A stretch of DNA of 63,698 nt, filler included, from Asterionella formosa (Eukaryota): assembly GCA_002256025.1 (NCBI GenBank). It is 11 parts of 11 records of this genome, joined end to end, with 100 filler letters (N's around TTAATTAATTAA, not from the genome) between each part and the next. Parts side by side here need not be neighbours in the genome. Positions count along the whole stretch, not along the records: positions 62,587 to 63,698 come from NKIB01004233.1; 10 more parts are not named here. The stretch is one strand, 5' to 3'. The translations under genes and the position numbers were made by a program. The notes below the pieces were generated by a model. It worked only from the letters and a program-made list of their open reading frames with translations, searched no databases and was not told where the DNA came from. Positions 63,693 through 63,698 of the stretch are shown here, piece after piece. Each line of letters opens with the position of its first letter. Within the stretch, counting starts at the first letter, position 1.

Positions 63693-63698
63693 TGCATT

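Overview
This window is not one locus. It is 11 contigs joined by artificial 100-bp spacers (44 N + TTAATTAATTAA + 44 N): three of about 17.9 kb and eight of about 1.1 kb. Contigs 1-10 are eukaryotic and most likely diatom, judged from short GT-AG introns, ASAFAP-type bipartite plastid presequences, CoDi-like Ty1/copia elements and RNase H-bearing LINEs. The last contig (62587-63698) is high-GC bacterial DNA. Host genes: CNNM/DUF21-CBS protein, NCA2/DGS1, a UPF1/DNA2-like SF1 helicase with a probable plastid presequence, a small CX9C-CX10C protein, TRAPPC2L, METTL16, a START protein, SF3A1, V-ATPase subunit e (3 exons, absent from the ORF track), organellar MetRS, and a truncated Crinkler-type P-loop gene. 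The rest is largely decayed, nested transposons. Four observations stand out. (1) A tRNA-Ala-derived SINE with a 17-bp TSD shares its 3' tail with a nearby RNase H LINE, suggesting a SINE-LINE partner pair. (2) TA-flanked TIR elements with CCWG...CWGG ends co-occur with a large excess of TA-CCGG-TA and TA-CCWGG-TA motifs that look like their excision footprints, clustered at gene 5' ends. (3) A 200-bp-arm, ~95% identical hairpin is built from a decayed gene. (4) An intact HIRAN-like orphan ORF sits in decayed TE-like sequence. All family assignments come from motif recognition by eye, not database searches.
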